A DNA stretch of 63,902 nt, counting the filler, from Octopus bimaculoides (lineage: Eukaryota), in the NCBI RefSeq assembly GCF_001194135.2. It is 8 parts of 6 records of this genome, joined end to end, with 100 filler letters (N's around TTAATTAATTAA, not from the genome) between each part and the next. Parts side by side here need not be neighbours in the genome. Positions count along the whole stretch, not along the records: positions 1 to 28,730 come from NC_068988.1; 7 more parts are not named here. The stretch is one strand, 5' to 3'. The position numbers and the translations under genes were made by a program. Of this stretch, positions 12,748-26,450 are shown piece after piece (positions within the stretch are counted from its first letter, which is position 1; each line of letters starts with the position of its first letter). Under the pieces are notes generated by a model. That model searched no databases. It had not been told where the DNA came from and saw only the letters and a list, made by a program, of their open reading frames with translations.

Positions 12748-12939
12748 ACTACTCTTTTACTCTTTTACTTGTTTCAGTCATTTGACTGTGGCCATGCTGG
12801 AGCACCGCCTTTTAGTCCACCCCAGGACTTATTCTTTCTAAGTCTAGTACTTATTCTATCGGTCTCTTTTGCTGAACCGCTAAGCTATGGGGACGTAAAC
12901 ACACCAGCATCGGTTGTCAAGTGACGTTGGGGGGACCAA

Positions 12940-12980
<41 letters not shown>

Positions 12981-13150
12981 CATATATATGACGGGCTTTT
13001 TTCAGTTTCCGTCTACCAAATCCACTCACAAGGCTTTGGTCGGCCCGAGGCTATAGTAGAAGACACTAGCCCAAGGTGTCACGCAGTTGGACTGAACCCG
13101 GAACCATGTGGTTGTTAAGCAAGCTACTTACCACACAGCCGCTCCTACGC
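12748..13150 (-). mobile_element. SINE family A, full length
   Basis: Reverse complement of the 13431 and 26038 copies along the whole length. Confidence 0.9.
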
Positions 13151-13430
13151 CTATTGTAAAAATTTAATAAAAATAGAGAAACGTAAGTAACACTTTCAGT
13201 TTTGAAGTTTATAACTTTCATGTTTTTATTGAAATTTGTATGTTGCATTAATTATGTGAAATAATTTCGTAGTTTTCAGGTTTGTGGTTTCAAGTTGAAG
13301 ATTTTAATTACGGAGTTTTTGTACTATTATAATGTTTTATTCTTATTATTATCAATTGCTTGTTACGTGTGTATTATTTCATGGGTATTTGATAACATGT
13401 TAATCAATTCCATCATAAACACATAATATA

Positions 13431-13821
13431 GTGTATGGTAAGTAGCTTGCTTACCAGCCACATGGTTCCGGGTTCATTCCCACTGCGTGGCACCTTGGGC
13501 TAATGTCTTCTACTATAGCATCGGGCCTTGTGAGTGGATTTGGTAGACGGAAACTGAAAGAAGTCCGTCGTATATATGTATATATATGTATGTGTGTGTA
13601 TATATTTGTGTGTCTGTGTTTGTCCCCCAACGTCGCTTGACAACCGATGGTGGTGTGTTTACGTCCCCGTAATTAGCAGTTCGGCAAAAGAAACCGATAG
13701 AATAAGTACTAGGCTTCTAAAGAATAAGTCCTGGGGTCGATTTGCTCGACTAAAGGCGGTGCTCCAGCATGGCCTCAGTCAAATGACTGAAACAAGCAAA
13801 AGAGTAAAGAGTAAAGAGTAT
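13431..13821 (+). mobile_element. SINE family A, near full length
   Basis: B-box-like GGTTCATTCCC, internal (TA)/(TG) tract, (AAAGAGTA)n tail. Confidence 0.9.
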
Positions 13822-15054
13822 ACGTAGATACTGGGTATGGTATCTCAATGAACACATCATCGATATACCGGGTATCTACTGTAGTTGATGTTTAAAAAGT
13901 CATGTTTTCAACGTTGATCATTTACAATTATGTGAAAATAGACCCAAGTGAAGAACTCACTGCTACTCTCTCCAACAATATGAAGAGGCTGTCTCCTAAG
14001 CAGTGGAAGGTAACACAAATTATGCGGACCAGCGGGATCCACTTTGTTGTAATGTTTCTTATTATACTGGATGATTTTCTTGGATATTACATTAAGTTTA
14101 TATATATTAAATATCTCCAAAGTATATAGTTTAATTATTCTGTCTTGCTGTTTAACGATCATGAATGTTAGTGTATTGATGTGGGCGATATTATTGTTCA
14201 GAAAGGGTTACTTACAATTCCATACATTGTATTGAAAATTAATAAATGATATTTGTGCGTTTGCTTCAGTAATTAATTTGGTGAGTTTAATTTTAATCAC
14301 GCAGTGTTATCTTTCATAATTTTCATAAATTTGCAATAGTCATATAATATATTGATTTTTGTAATATATTCATATTTCAATAACGGCCATTTTGCTCCTA
14401 CTATTACATATTACAATTTCATCGCTGTGTTTTATTTTTAGATGGTATGGAAGCTTGTTTAAATTTCCTGTTAAGTAACTTTTTCGTTGGTTCGTGTCGT
14501 TGTTTATTACATCAGTTCTAGTATATGCCTCGAAGTTTGTTGTCTATTTTTTATTGTTTTTATCTCTAAAGTTCTCTTGGGATTGGTAGCGTATCTCTAG
14601 TTCGATTTTCGGTTAATAAACACACATGTATATACAACATCTGCTAGTTTTTACAAGAGCCATAGCTATTGTAAATATGTAACACCTCACACCCAACCTT
14701 TTTCACATTACAGCTCATAAATTAAAGCGAGAATTTAATCTAACGAATCTATCTCACTTCAATAACTTTCTATCACTTTCACTGTATCACCATTTTTTCC
14801 CTGTCTTGCTATTTTTTTCTTTCTATTTTTCATTCACTATTTTCTCTGTACCCTGTCTATCTTCTTTTCGCCGTTCGTTCTCTTTCTCTCTTTCCTTCTC
14901 TCTCTCCACATATATACACACACTTTCGGAATTTCTTCACCTGGTCATCTAAATGGTAGATGTAAAGATACAGTTTTGCAGGCGCATATCTTGACCAGAA
15001 AACATGTAAAACACACACACACACACACACGCACACACACACGCACACACGCAC

Positions 15055-15103
<49 letters not shown>

Positions 15104-15290
15104 TCATAATGTTCATGCAATCATGAGAACACATGCATTTATACACACAAGAAAATTCCACGCGTATATTATGTTTTCATCTTTACACAATCTCATTCAC
15201 GGACAAGCAGATACATATCATAAATATTCATATCAAGCACGCACTTAATAAAATTGTATAACCACGTACACGAACTCATCTCAGTTATTA

Positions 15291-15337
<47 letters not shown>

Positions 15338-15339
<2 letters not shown>

Positions 15340-15533
15340 GGTGGCGCACTGGCAGAATCGTTATCACACTGGAGAAAATGTTCAGCGACATTTCTTTATG
15401 TTCTCAGATCGAATTCCGCTAAGGTCGACTTTGCCATTCATCCTTTAGGTTGATAAAATAAATATACACTGGAATTTACATAATCGATTAGCTTCTTCCT
15501 CTTTCAGGCCTTGTGCTTATAGTAAAAAGAATT
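15338..15533 (+). mobile_element. tRNA-derived SINE family B (octopus OK-like), decayed
   Basis: TGGCAGAATCG A-box, decayed B-box, GGTCGACTTTGCC body; matches copies at 28283, 41240 and 57570. Confidence 0.8.
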
Positions 15534-15839
15534 GTTGTTGCTTTTATTCTAATTTCCATATAAGTTTACAAATTTAGGTGTTAAATATATAGTCGTATCA
15601 ATATACATATTACCAATATATACATCACCCTGTGATTTTTCTTGTTATAAGTCAGTATAGACGTTAGATATACAGGACTCCCAACATATACACTATCCTG
15701 TGACATATTGTTGTAAGTGTTAGAAAAGTTTCAACTTCATATTGTGTTGTAGTCTTCATTTCTCTCGAAATTACATTCAAATAGAAATGTAGATAAACTC
15801 ACATAATAAACGCATTCATGCGACAGAGATCGGATCAGT

Positions 15840-15976
15840 AGTTGTAGAAATAGTAGCAGCAGTAGCAGCAGTAGTAGTTGTGCTGGTATTAGCAAGTTGG
15901 TGATGGTAGTAGTACTACCACTCGTAGTAATAGTAATAAGGTAGTAACAGAATTGAAGTAATATTAGTAGTAATAT

Positions 15977-16021
<45 letters not shown>

Positions 16022-16120
16022 CAATTGTAGTAGTATTAATAGTATAGATGTAGGATTGGCAGCCGCAGCAGTAGCAGTAGCAGCAGCAACAGTAGTGCAA
16101 CTGGTAGTAGTAGTAGTGAA
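15840..16120. repeat. Compound (AGT)n/(AGC)n trinucleotide repeat
   Basis: Direct inspection. Confidence 0.9.
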
Positions 16121-17620
16121 GGAGACATTGAAGACCCAACGTATATCTGTACTAGTTATGCGCAGGTGATGGAATGTTTACCATTATACAAAGAAGGTAA
16201 TGGTCAGAATGATTAGGTGTAAACAGCTGCACCTGTTCCAGATACGTAAGCAGTGCTGTGATGATGGTCACACAATGTCTTGGAGAGAACCAGTAAATGA
16301 TTAAATATAAAGTAATTTTCTAACCTTGAAAAATAAGGAAGTTAATAGCATCCCGTTTTATATCTACGTTTAGGCTAATGTAACATCCTGCTAATGTAAC
16401 AATGTAATTGTTAAAAACATGTATCCTCAGCACCAGAAAGACGATAAATACACTACCCCACCAACGACGAATCCACCTTTAATAAAAACGTAGAGTACAA
16501 CAGTGAGGGTTTATCAAGAAAGAATCAAGTATTTAGCGAAAACAAGCAGCAAATGCCATGAAATTAGACGAGAAATCTTATATGCTACATATAACCTACC
16601 ATACAATATTTGTCAAAAGTCCAGTGTTACAACACATTTTTCTGTTTCTAGTGGGAAAACATTTTCGAACAACCACAAATTCTGCTAGAAACAGTGAAAA
16701 GTAAGTTATGACTGCATGAAAAACATATAAAATGTCATTAAGCATCAGAAGGGAAGACATATTGCAAGCATATATCGAAAGATGCCGATATTCAATCGCC
16801 GAAGTAAAAGCGAAAGTCTGTCCCCTAAAAGCATTGTATACCATGCCTAAAAAGCGACATTGGTTTACAATGCGATTTCACATGGTGATGTCTCCATCTG
16901 CAATGTACCAACAGGCCATATGGTACTAACAGATCATTCTTCAAAAGCCACCTACATCTGCACTACAGTTCATTCTAGTCACAACATTGAGAAGGTTATA
17001 GACCTTTTAAAGTATATTTAAAAATCAAAAGACGAAGAAGCGATCACACGAATAACAAAAAAGACATAATCATTTAGGAATTAATAGAAGTTCTGCAACT
17101 TCATCTTACAGAGAAACACTACATCACTCACTATTCTAGTCCAGTCATATATAGAAGAAACTAAATAATTTTCACATACACACACACAATCATACACACG
17201 CGCGCGCGCGCGCAATCTTTTATTTGCCGAATTACACGCACGTTTATTGCGAAATACATCAGTAGGACGTGCTGCGTTGATGGATTGAACACATAAGCAC
17301 GTGGTTGCGAAGCAAACTTTTTCACCCTTCAACCAGCTAAGTCATGAACAAAATGAAACCTATCCAAAAAGAACCCGTCGTTATTATCTCCACTTTTCCT
17401 CAAATTTTAATTTATTCCGAAATTTTCCGTCCGTTATCCTGTATATTCCCACCTGATCGAGCTATCGAAAAGGATACTAGTAGTGTACAACTGGTTACCC
17501 TTTTATGATCTGTCACTGCTTTTGTAAACATTTACTCGTATATACATTAATACATCTATACACATTACGTAGAATAATTAAACACGGACACATATTTATT
17601 GTATATCTACAATCACAAAT

Positions 17621-17655
<35 letters not shown>

Positions 17656-18328
17656 TACACACACACACATATATAAACACAATAGCATTATCATTAAGGT
17701 GTCAGTATGTGTAATTCAAATATTTTGACACCAGTTCTTTTTATGATGATGATGACAATGTTGAAGACGATGACGAACTTAAATATCAATCATCTTCTGT
17801 ACCGTCATGATCACCAAACGTGTCCTCCTCCTCCTCCTCCTCCTCCTCCTCCTCTCTTTCAATATAATTATTAGCGTCGTCATTATTTTGAATATGATNN
17901 NNNNNNNNNNNNNNNNNNNNNNNNNNNNNNNNNNNNNNNNNNNNNNNNNNNNNNNNNNNNNNNNNNNNNNNNNNNNNNNNNNNNNNNNNNNNNNNNNNNN
18001 NNNNNNNNNNNNNNNNNNNNNNNNNNNNNNNNNNNACGGTTTTAATTATTTTAAATTTTCTATCACTGGCGATTTATATTGCTTCCATTATTGGTTTTAT
18101 TAGCTACTATATTATCAGTTATTGCATAAATTAATGTTGTTGTTGTTGTTGTTGCGGTGTCTCCGTAAAATCTGCAACCAATCTGACATTTTGAGAATCA
18201 ATATTCCAACTGCCGTACTTTTATTGTCAATTTTACAGTGTAGAGTTGGGATATGTAATATTTCTACATCTCACATCATTGTGGTTTAGGGGAAGGCAAC
18301 AACAATGCTTAATCGACCGACCGATCTT

Positions 18329-18474
18329 CTGACCAACCAACCAACCAACCAACCAACCAACCAACCAACCAACTAACCAACCAAGCAGCCAAATACCCAA
18401 GTTACCAAGTAACCAAGTAACCAAGTAACCAACAGCTTAACGAAACACCCAACCGACCAACTAACTAACCACTT

Positions 18475-18519
<45 letters not shown>

Positions 18520-18540
18520 GTCAATCAATCAATCAACCAA
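18329..18540. repeat. Compound (CCAA)n/(ACCAAGTA)n/(TCAA)n repeat
   Basis: Direct inspection. Confidence 0.9.
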
Positions 18541-20335
18541 CTATAACCACATCTTTCATAGCATTCAAATGTGATATTTCACTTACCTAATTTGAAAAAA
18601 CTCCCACACAATTGATGTTGTTTGTTTATATTCCCAAAGCATACCACAAATAGATAAGCAAATACCCCGAACCCCCAACAGCACCAGCCTGAACTCACAA
18701 CACCTTTATCATGCAATAAGGTAAAATCTACAGATGAAAATTCTCAAACCTTCGGTGAAAATATGAAAGGAGCAAGGAAAAGAAATAAATCGCTGAAAAT
18801 ATGACTTGACATAAAACAATGAAAATAGGTGAGGATCAATTTGTTTTAGATCTCTCCTCGGGAACATGACGAAGAAAATGTGAAAACGAAGACAAACTAC
18901 AATTCACCGTTGTTCGGAAATCAAATAAATAGTTACCAGATAAAATTACTCCTCTCTGGCGCCAGAGACTCTCACAAAAAGTTAGGATAACACAAAACCA
19001 AATAGGTTCAGATTATAAAGTACACGTAAAAGATAGAATACTAGTAAAATTAAAATATTATATCGAGTTTAAAAAGAAATATCCTCCAAAAGATTGTATT
19101 TTACAATACCAAATATCTCAAAAGATTCTCAATTGTGCTTTCGGTTGCACAGTTAAGATTCAGGGAACGGGATCGTGGAGCAACCAAATTAACTTAAGTA
19201 GAAAAGCTTTCATATATTTATTTCAATTATATTTTGTTTTAATTATTGTGTTTTTTAATACTTTCTATATAAATATATCGTGAAAATGCGTGTGTTGTGT
19301 AAGTGTATGTACGTGTATATGTTTGTTCCTGTATAGACACACAAACATATATACTATATATAGTAGTATAATAAACATCAGTCTGAGTTGATAACAGCTG
19401 TATTATGAAAAACTGTTTGAGTTAGCAGTAGTAAATGGACAACTGCCTTAATAGTTAACTGTTGCATAACGAACAGTTATCTGAATTGTTAAAAGTGTAA
19501 TGAACATTTGCATGAATAATGAATAAATGTTTGATGTGTTAACTTTTCTGTAATGTTTTGCTAACTGTTGTATCAAAGATGCTACCTGTATTATGAGGAT
19601 CAGATTCCTTATTTTCTAGTAAAGTGAATATCGATACTAAAAGATACTGTTTAGTCGTCTTTATTGTCCTTTGTATGAACAATGTTAGTATTTACAAATT
19701 TATAAGAAACTGGAACAGTTCAGTCGATTAGGATACCCGTAAAGAATAGTTATACAGTACAATCTATTGATTCATCTGTAAGAAACAATCATATAGTATA
19801 TTCCGTTAAGTTACTTTTAAAGAACATTTGTACAACCCATTAAGTCGGCTTTAAGGAACAGTAATACGATTAGATGTTATCGGACATATTTTTAAAATTT
19901 AGCATCTGCATAGAAGCCAAAGCTATAAAAGTCTTTTAATATAGAACTTTTAATATAGGCGGCCTATCTCATTGAGCTTTGAGATGCCCAACCTCTCTGA
20001 GGTTGGCCATTTCAAAGTAAATAGGTACTGAGCTGTGAATACATTCTACAAAGAGGTACGGTTTACTGATGAAAACATGCTGTACAAATGGTGAGTGATT
20101 AATTCACTTGCATTGGGAAGCTGAAACGTTTGAGTAGGTTTGATTTGATGCATATTTAGACTTCATTTGACAAGTAAACCCAGATAGACTACGTAAAAAC
20201 AGACAGCAGCTGTATAGAAACCCATCTGGAATGTGTTAGCACGTTTTGTCGTAGATTGCATCACGCCGGTTCTCCACGAGCATTACCATCGTCACAACTG
20301 ATTCAAGTTCTAATTAATACACACACACACACACA

Positions 20336-20378
<43 letters not shown>

Positions 20379-20391
20379 ACACACACACACA

Positions 20392-20424
<33 letters not shown>

Positions 20425-20546
20425 ACATTCTGTCTCTCTCTCACACTCTGTCTCTCTCTCTACTCCTCTCTCCATTTATATGTAATACTAACGTTTAATG
20501 GTACGTTGTATATTCATGATTGAGGCTAAAAAATCTACATCTTCCA

Positions 20547-20900
20547 ATGTTTATTATATTGTAATGATTGTTATATTATAATGATTACCATTTGTAATGT
20601 TTATTATATTCTCATGATTATTATATTCCAGTGATGGTTATATTATAATGATTGTTATATTGACATGATTGTTCTATTCGAGTGATTTATATTTTAAAGA
20701 TTGTTATATTGCAATGAACGCTATATCTTAACAATTGTTTTTTTTTCCAACGATTTTTATATTCCCATGATTGTTATTTTGTAATGGCTGTTATATTATA
20801 ATGATTGTCATATTGTAATGATTGTTTTATTGTAATGATTGCTATATTGAAATGATTGTTATCACATAATCCTTGTTCAAGCGATTGTTATATTGCAATG
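20547..20900. repeat. Degenerate ~17-bp minisatellite (AATGATTGTTATATTGT), about 20 copies
   Basis: Recurring ATGATTGTTATATT core at ~17-bp spacing. Confidence 0.85.
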
Positions 20901-21623
20901 CGTATAATTCAAATTATTTCCCCGTTATAAATTTGTAATCAATTACTGTCTATGTAATAGCACCTGCCAATGTAATTTAGTTGCTATGAAATTCCTTTTC
21001 GTTATTGATTTGTTCCCCACATTTTGTCAGAAGTCAACATAATGTAGAGAAGTTCTGTGATAACTCAAGTATCTCCTAAAGAAAGTATTTCTATAGAAAT
21101 AGTGGCTGCAAAGTATATAGAAGAATATGTATTGATTGTTTCATTATCGCAAATATATGCATAAACATAAAACTACACCGAATTCTATATTAAATTTTTT
21201 TTATGTCTAACACAGGAACTATGTAGACTTGCTCATACAATATTAATTCCTTTCGCTAAAATTGATTTTAACGGTAAAATTGTATATTAGCTGTTGATAT
21301 AGCTTGAAATACTATATTAACAGCCAACTGTTTTGGAGGGTTATAGATATGATTCTGGTGATAAATGGAATTTTCTCTATTCTTTTATACCACAGCTCAA
21401 AAATGAGAGGCCAATGTCTGTTTTTAATAACTTGGAGTGACTGTGATAATCTGTATTTCTTAAGGATATTCATATAAAGCTGTCGTGAAATATCTTTACC
21501 ATAGAGACATCGAATGGTATTGATACGACCATCAACGACTCTATAATTTTATATACAAATTATCAGCCCCGTCTTCTCTTAACAAGGACGGGATGTATTA
21601 TTATCCTTGGGATTTAGTCTGTA

Positions 21624-22488
21624 CAGGGTTCGTCGTAAAGAATTCCCGGTTGATTTTTAGTCATAATGTTTAGTAAAGGACATAAAAAACATACTAGCTC
21701 TTTAAGATTTTATTAAATATGGTCATGTAACATTAAGATACGTTTCATTCAATATGTCCGCCTTTAGTCTTCACAATCGCTCGAAAACGGCCGAGAACAG
21801 AGGCACACGAACGCCGGATGACTTCACTTAAACGATCTCAGGACACGACTAAGGCTTTCTTCAGAGCGGTGATATTTTTGCAGGAAACTCTTGAATCGTC
21901 ACTTTCTAGAATGGACCAAATAGCGAACTCCATAGGGTTGACGTCTAAGCTTGAGTGGAAGCACACATTTTTGTCCTAGAATCTGCTGAAATAGCTTCTA
22001 CACCACTGCCGTGTCCCATTGGACGTATGAGAAGGCGCGACGTCTTGCATGAACACCTAATTATCTCCAAATTCTTCGGTCACCCATAGCAAAACATTAT
22101 CCTCTAGCATTTTCACGTAAATTGCCGAATTGACTTTCATCCCCTCTTTAATGACATCAGAGGAGATATTCCACCGTCAGATGACATTGCCGCCCAAACC
22201 ATCATTCCGGTGGGTTACGTTCAGCGAAACACCTTACGGACGCCTTCGGAAACAGCATCCAACCGCGTGGCCAAAATCCTGTCATTCAAGGTGTTCGCTA
22301 CGGCCTCCACAGTGAATATCGTTTCGTCCGAATAGACGAAGGCATTGTCACTAGTTTTCTGAATCTCCTCTGCCATTTTCTTGCACCTGTCCAGTCGCCT
22401 TGCTTTGGAAATGACCGAAATTAGGTGTCGACGTTGCAATTTTTAATGACTTATTTAAATAATCAGGATTTCTTTATGTTGCACCCTG
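21624..22488 (-). mobile_element. Tc1/mariner maT (DD37D-type) element with both TIRs, internally deleted and decayed
   Basis: TA|CAGGGT...ACCCTG|TA ends. Minus strand YSDE, QDVAPSH and SLDVNPME, with 37 residues between the second D and the third acidic residue. In-frame stops. Confidence 0.88.
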
Positions 22489-25022
22489 TATATCATAATA
22501 TATAAAATTAAAAGAAATTTGAAAGAAATCAAAAGAAATTTGAAAAGAAAATAAGAAACCGGTTATTTCTCCAAAAACAATGTCTTCACACACAAAATTT
22601 TATAACATTTTCCTAACAATGATTTAAATATATTCTTTAACCATATGATACAAGTCTTCTGTAGTTTTTCATTCTATTTTGTTTTATATATATATAGGAG
22701 GGACTCTTACTTAAAGATAAATAAAGAAGCATGGATCTTTACTGTAAAGGATGTATGGGAAGACGTTAGGCATTACTAAAAGAATTAATGAAAATAAATT
22801 TTGATAATTTTCCACGCTATATTGAATTTCATATGTATAATTTCTTTACATCGAAATAAGCCCCAATTGTCTTGCTATCGAACACAAGTGCGAAAGAGGA
22901 AGACGAGTGGAAGAAGGGGGTGAGTGTGTGGGAACTATCACGAAGCAACTACATTTTGATTATTAATCTCTGTTTCAAGCATAGAGCTCTTTGTCAAAAC
23001 AAAGGAGAAATAAACTAAAATATTTACAAAATAATTTACGCGTACTCTAGCAGGAGTATATGTGTAGTTTCTAGCAGAAGAGAGTGTAGTGGGTAGTGAG
23101 TTTTATAAGACAATGAGAGTAGTGCTCCTTAGCTGTTGCTGGGATAAGTACCTCTTCAGTACTCGCTTGTGGAACCGTGGATGAGGCGGGTACTTTGAAT
23201 GTCTTCTGAGCTGCAAACGGAAGACTTTCATGCGCACGCACGAGTGCATGAGTGCATGATTCGGTGTCTTTATGTGTGTTAATTATGAAGTTATCCTGCA
23301 GTAAATTACATGTCACGAGCTTTAAAACAAATAGTTCTCTATATTCGGATTAAACTATTCGCTAATGCTGTTACAAAGATAAATCTCTATAATGGTTTTC
23401 TCATCCAAAATCTATATCAATCATCATTGCTAATGTTCGCTTAATATACAGCAGTTTTAGCAATTCATTTATCATTTAAAACACATATTTATTACCATTA
23501 TTAATGACACATATATTACTTTCTCTTTCCTGATGCACCTTCAAATTCTGCATTATCTGTATGCAACCCCACGTTACGTGTTCACAGCTTCACAACATAT
23601 AATGTACAGACTTCATACTTATACATACATAGTGCTGAATAAGTGCCTAAACCTAACCCTAAGTTTTGTATTAAAATATTTCCCATTTCAGCAGTAAAAT
23701 ACCGATAACTATTAAAAAATGTCTGCGATTTAGGAAAGTTGCATATCAAATAAATTACGAAATTCTTTTGTTATTGAATCGTATATTTTCCTCATTGAAT
23801 GGACTTAGCTGTGTTGTTGTTAAGTTACAAACATATGTAATGAAGTGTGGACTATTTATGCCTGCTTTATAGCGATTAATATATTTAAAATTAAACTTTA
23901 AAATAATCTATACGGAGACAGGCAAATCGATTGATACAAAAACAAGTGTTTTATATAATAAAAAGAAATAGAGAGTAGAGTTTTAAGAGCAGCAAACCAA
24001 TGATATAAATAAAGAAGATATTGTTCTTGCACGATAACATTTTTGAATATTCTACCATCACCATGTAATAATTAGATAACTCTTCTGCTGAAGCCAAAAC
24101 GTCTCAGTAGTTTGAATGCATGCATAACAGTCAACAGAACTGATAAAATTCCTACAATATAGGGTTGAATACATGTCATAATTACGATATAGGCTATTAA
24201 ATGAAAGAAACTACTAAATTATTGTAAAAGTATATAAAGAATGAAAGTGTCCAATTATGAAAGCAATACTATAATTAACTTCGTACATTAAACCCAGTAC
24301 AACGGACAGTCTAATTAAATTCGATAATAACGAATTTAACTTAGATAATAACGAATTATTAAGAAATCTAAATACCAGTGCTTCTATTCTAATTTCATTA
24401 AAAAAAATAACTATTTTTTCATATGTTATTATTACCTATTACGTTAATAATTATCAAGTGGTATTTTGGATTTCTGAGAAGCTGGTCATAGTCTGCGCCG
24501 GTAAATATCACTGAATATAAAGTTCAAAATAATGATAGAGTTTATTTGGTGGGAGAAGTGAGAAAATAGCATCTCGTCGCTCTTGTTGCTCGTGTGAAAA
24601 TGAGGGCATGAAAGAAAATTTTAAAAATGCAATTAAAATAATGAGTCAATACAGAGGTCTATCTAAGAAAGTTGAATAGTGGCAGATAGTAAGAAACTAA
24701 GCAAGCCTGAAAGAAGAAGGATCAGAAAGTTGGAGTAGAAGGTATATAGGCAGAATACCCTAATTAACAACATATAGAGATATAGCTACGATGATGGAGT
24801 GAAGTTGTGAGAAGAATAGGGACAATACGTTAAAGAAGAACTATACTGTATATAAATATAGTTACGATGATAAATGTGAGTATTGTGGGGGTGAAAGGAG
24901 GTAAGCAGAAAGGTGGATAAAATCAATACTGTGAAGAGTTACAAACATACAGATGCGATAACGTATAAGTATCGTGGGGCAAACGCAAAGCGGGAGAAAG
25001 AGAGGTGGGAACATATATAAAA

Positions 25023-25063
<41 letters not shown>

Positions 25064-26037
25064 NNNNNNNNNNNNNNNNNNNNNNNNNNNNNNNNNNNNN
25101 NNNNNNNNNNNNNNNNNNNNNNNNNNNNNNNNNNNNNNNNNNNNNNNNNNNNNNNNNNNNNNNNNNNNNNNNNNNNNNNNNNNNNNNNNNNNNNNNNNNN
25201 NNNNNNNNNNNNNNNNNNNNNNNNNNNNNNNNNNNNNNNNNNNNNNNNNNNNNNNNNNNNNNNNNNNNNNNNNNNNNNNNNNNNNNNNNNNNNNNNNNNN
25301 NNNNNNNNNNNNNNNNNNNNNNNNNNNNNNNNNNNNNNNNNNNNNNNNNNNNNNNNNNNNNNNNNNNNNNNNNNNNNNNNNNNNNNNNNNNNNNNNNNNN
25401 NNNNNNNNNNNNNNNNNNNNNNNNNNNNNNNNNNNNNNNNNNNNNNNNNNNNNNNNNNNNNNNNNNNNNNNNNNNNNNNNNNNNNNNNNNNNNNNNNNNN
25501 NNNNNNNNNNNNNNNNNNNNNNNNNNNNNNNNNNNNNNNNNNNNNNNNNNNNNNNNNNNNNNNNNNNNNNNNNNNNNNNNNNNNNNNNNNNNNNNNNNNN
25601 NNNNNNNNNNNNNNNNNNNNNNNNNNNNNNNNNNNNNNNNNNNNNNNNNNNNNNNNNNNNNNNNNNNNNNNNNNNNNNNNNNNNNNNNNNNNNNNNNNNN
25701 NNNNNNNNNNNNNNNNNNNNNNNNNNNNNNNNNNNNNNNNNNNNNNNNNNNNNNNNNNNNNNNNNNNNNNNNNNNNNNNNNNNNNNNNNNNNNNNNNNNN
25801 NNNNNNNNNNNNNNNNNNNNNNNNNNNNNNNNNNNNNNNNNNNNNNNNNNNNNNNNNNAGGTAAATTTTTGTGCATTTTAAGTAATGTGACTAAAATACC
25901 TGACAGTAAAAAAGTTTATGGGCGAAAATACTTTCAGTAAAAATTATGGCATAAGTGTTAACCTCGAAAATAAATGTGGCAAATTTTGCTGCAGCGAAAT
26001 CACAAATACCTGCCACCAAAGTTAGCAAAAGGTTTTC

Positions 26038-26450
26038 AGGCGCAGGAGTGGCTGTGTGGTAAGACGCTTGCTTCCCAACTACATGGTTCCGGGTTCAGTC
26101 CTACTGCGTGGCATCTTGGGCAAGTGTCTTCTACTATAGCCTCGGGCGGACCAAAGCCTTGTGAGTGGATTTGGTTGACGGAAACTGAAAGAAACCCGTC
26201 GTATGTATGTATGTATGTATGTATATCTATGTGTATCTTTCTGTCTGTGTTTGTCCCCCCATCACCGCTTGACAACCGGTACCGTGTGTTTACGTCCCCA
26301 TAACTTAGCGGTTCGATAAAAGTAACCGATAGAATAAGTACTAGGCTTAGAAAAAAATAAGCACTGGGGTAGATTCATTTGACTAAAAATTCAAGGCGGT
26401 GCCCCAACATAATCGCAGTCCAATGACTGAAACAAGTAAAAGATAAATGA
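26038..26450 (+). mobile_element. SINE family A, full length
   Basis: GGCGCAGGAGTGGCTGTGTGGT head, GGTTCAGTCC B-box-like, GACTGAAACAAGTAAAAGA tail. Confidence 0.9.

Noticed and set aside
23050-23330. GC-richer block as promoter or 5' exon of the RDH gene
   Set aside because: No convincing donor site or promoter motif; composition alone is insufficient.
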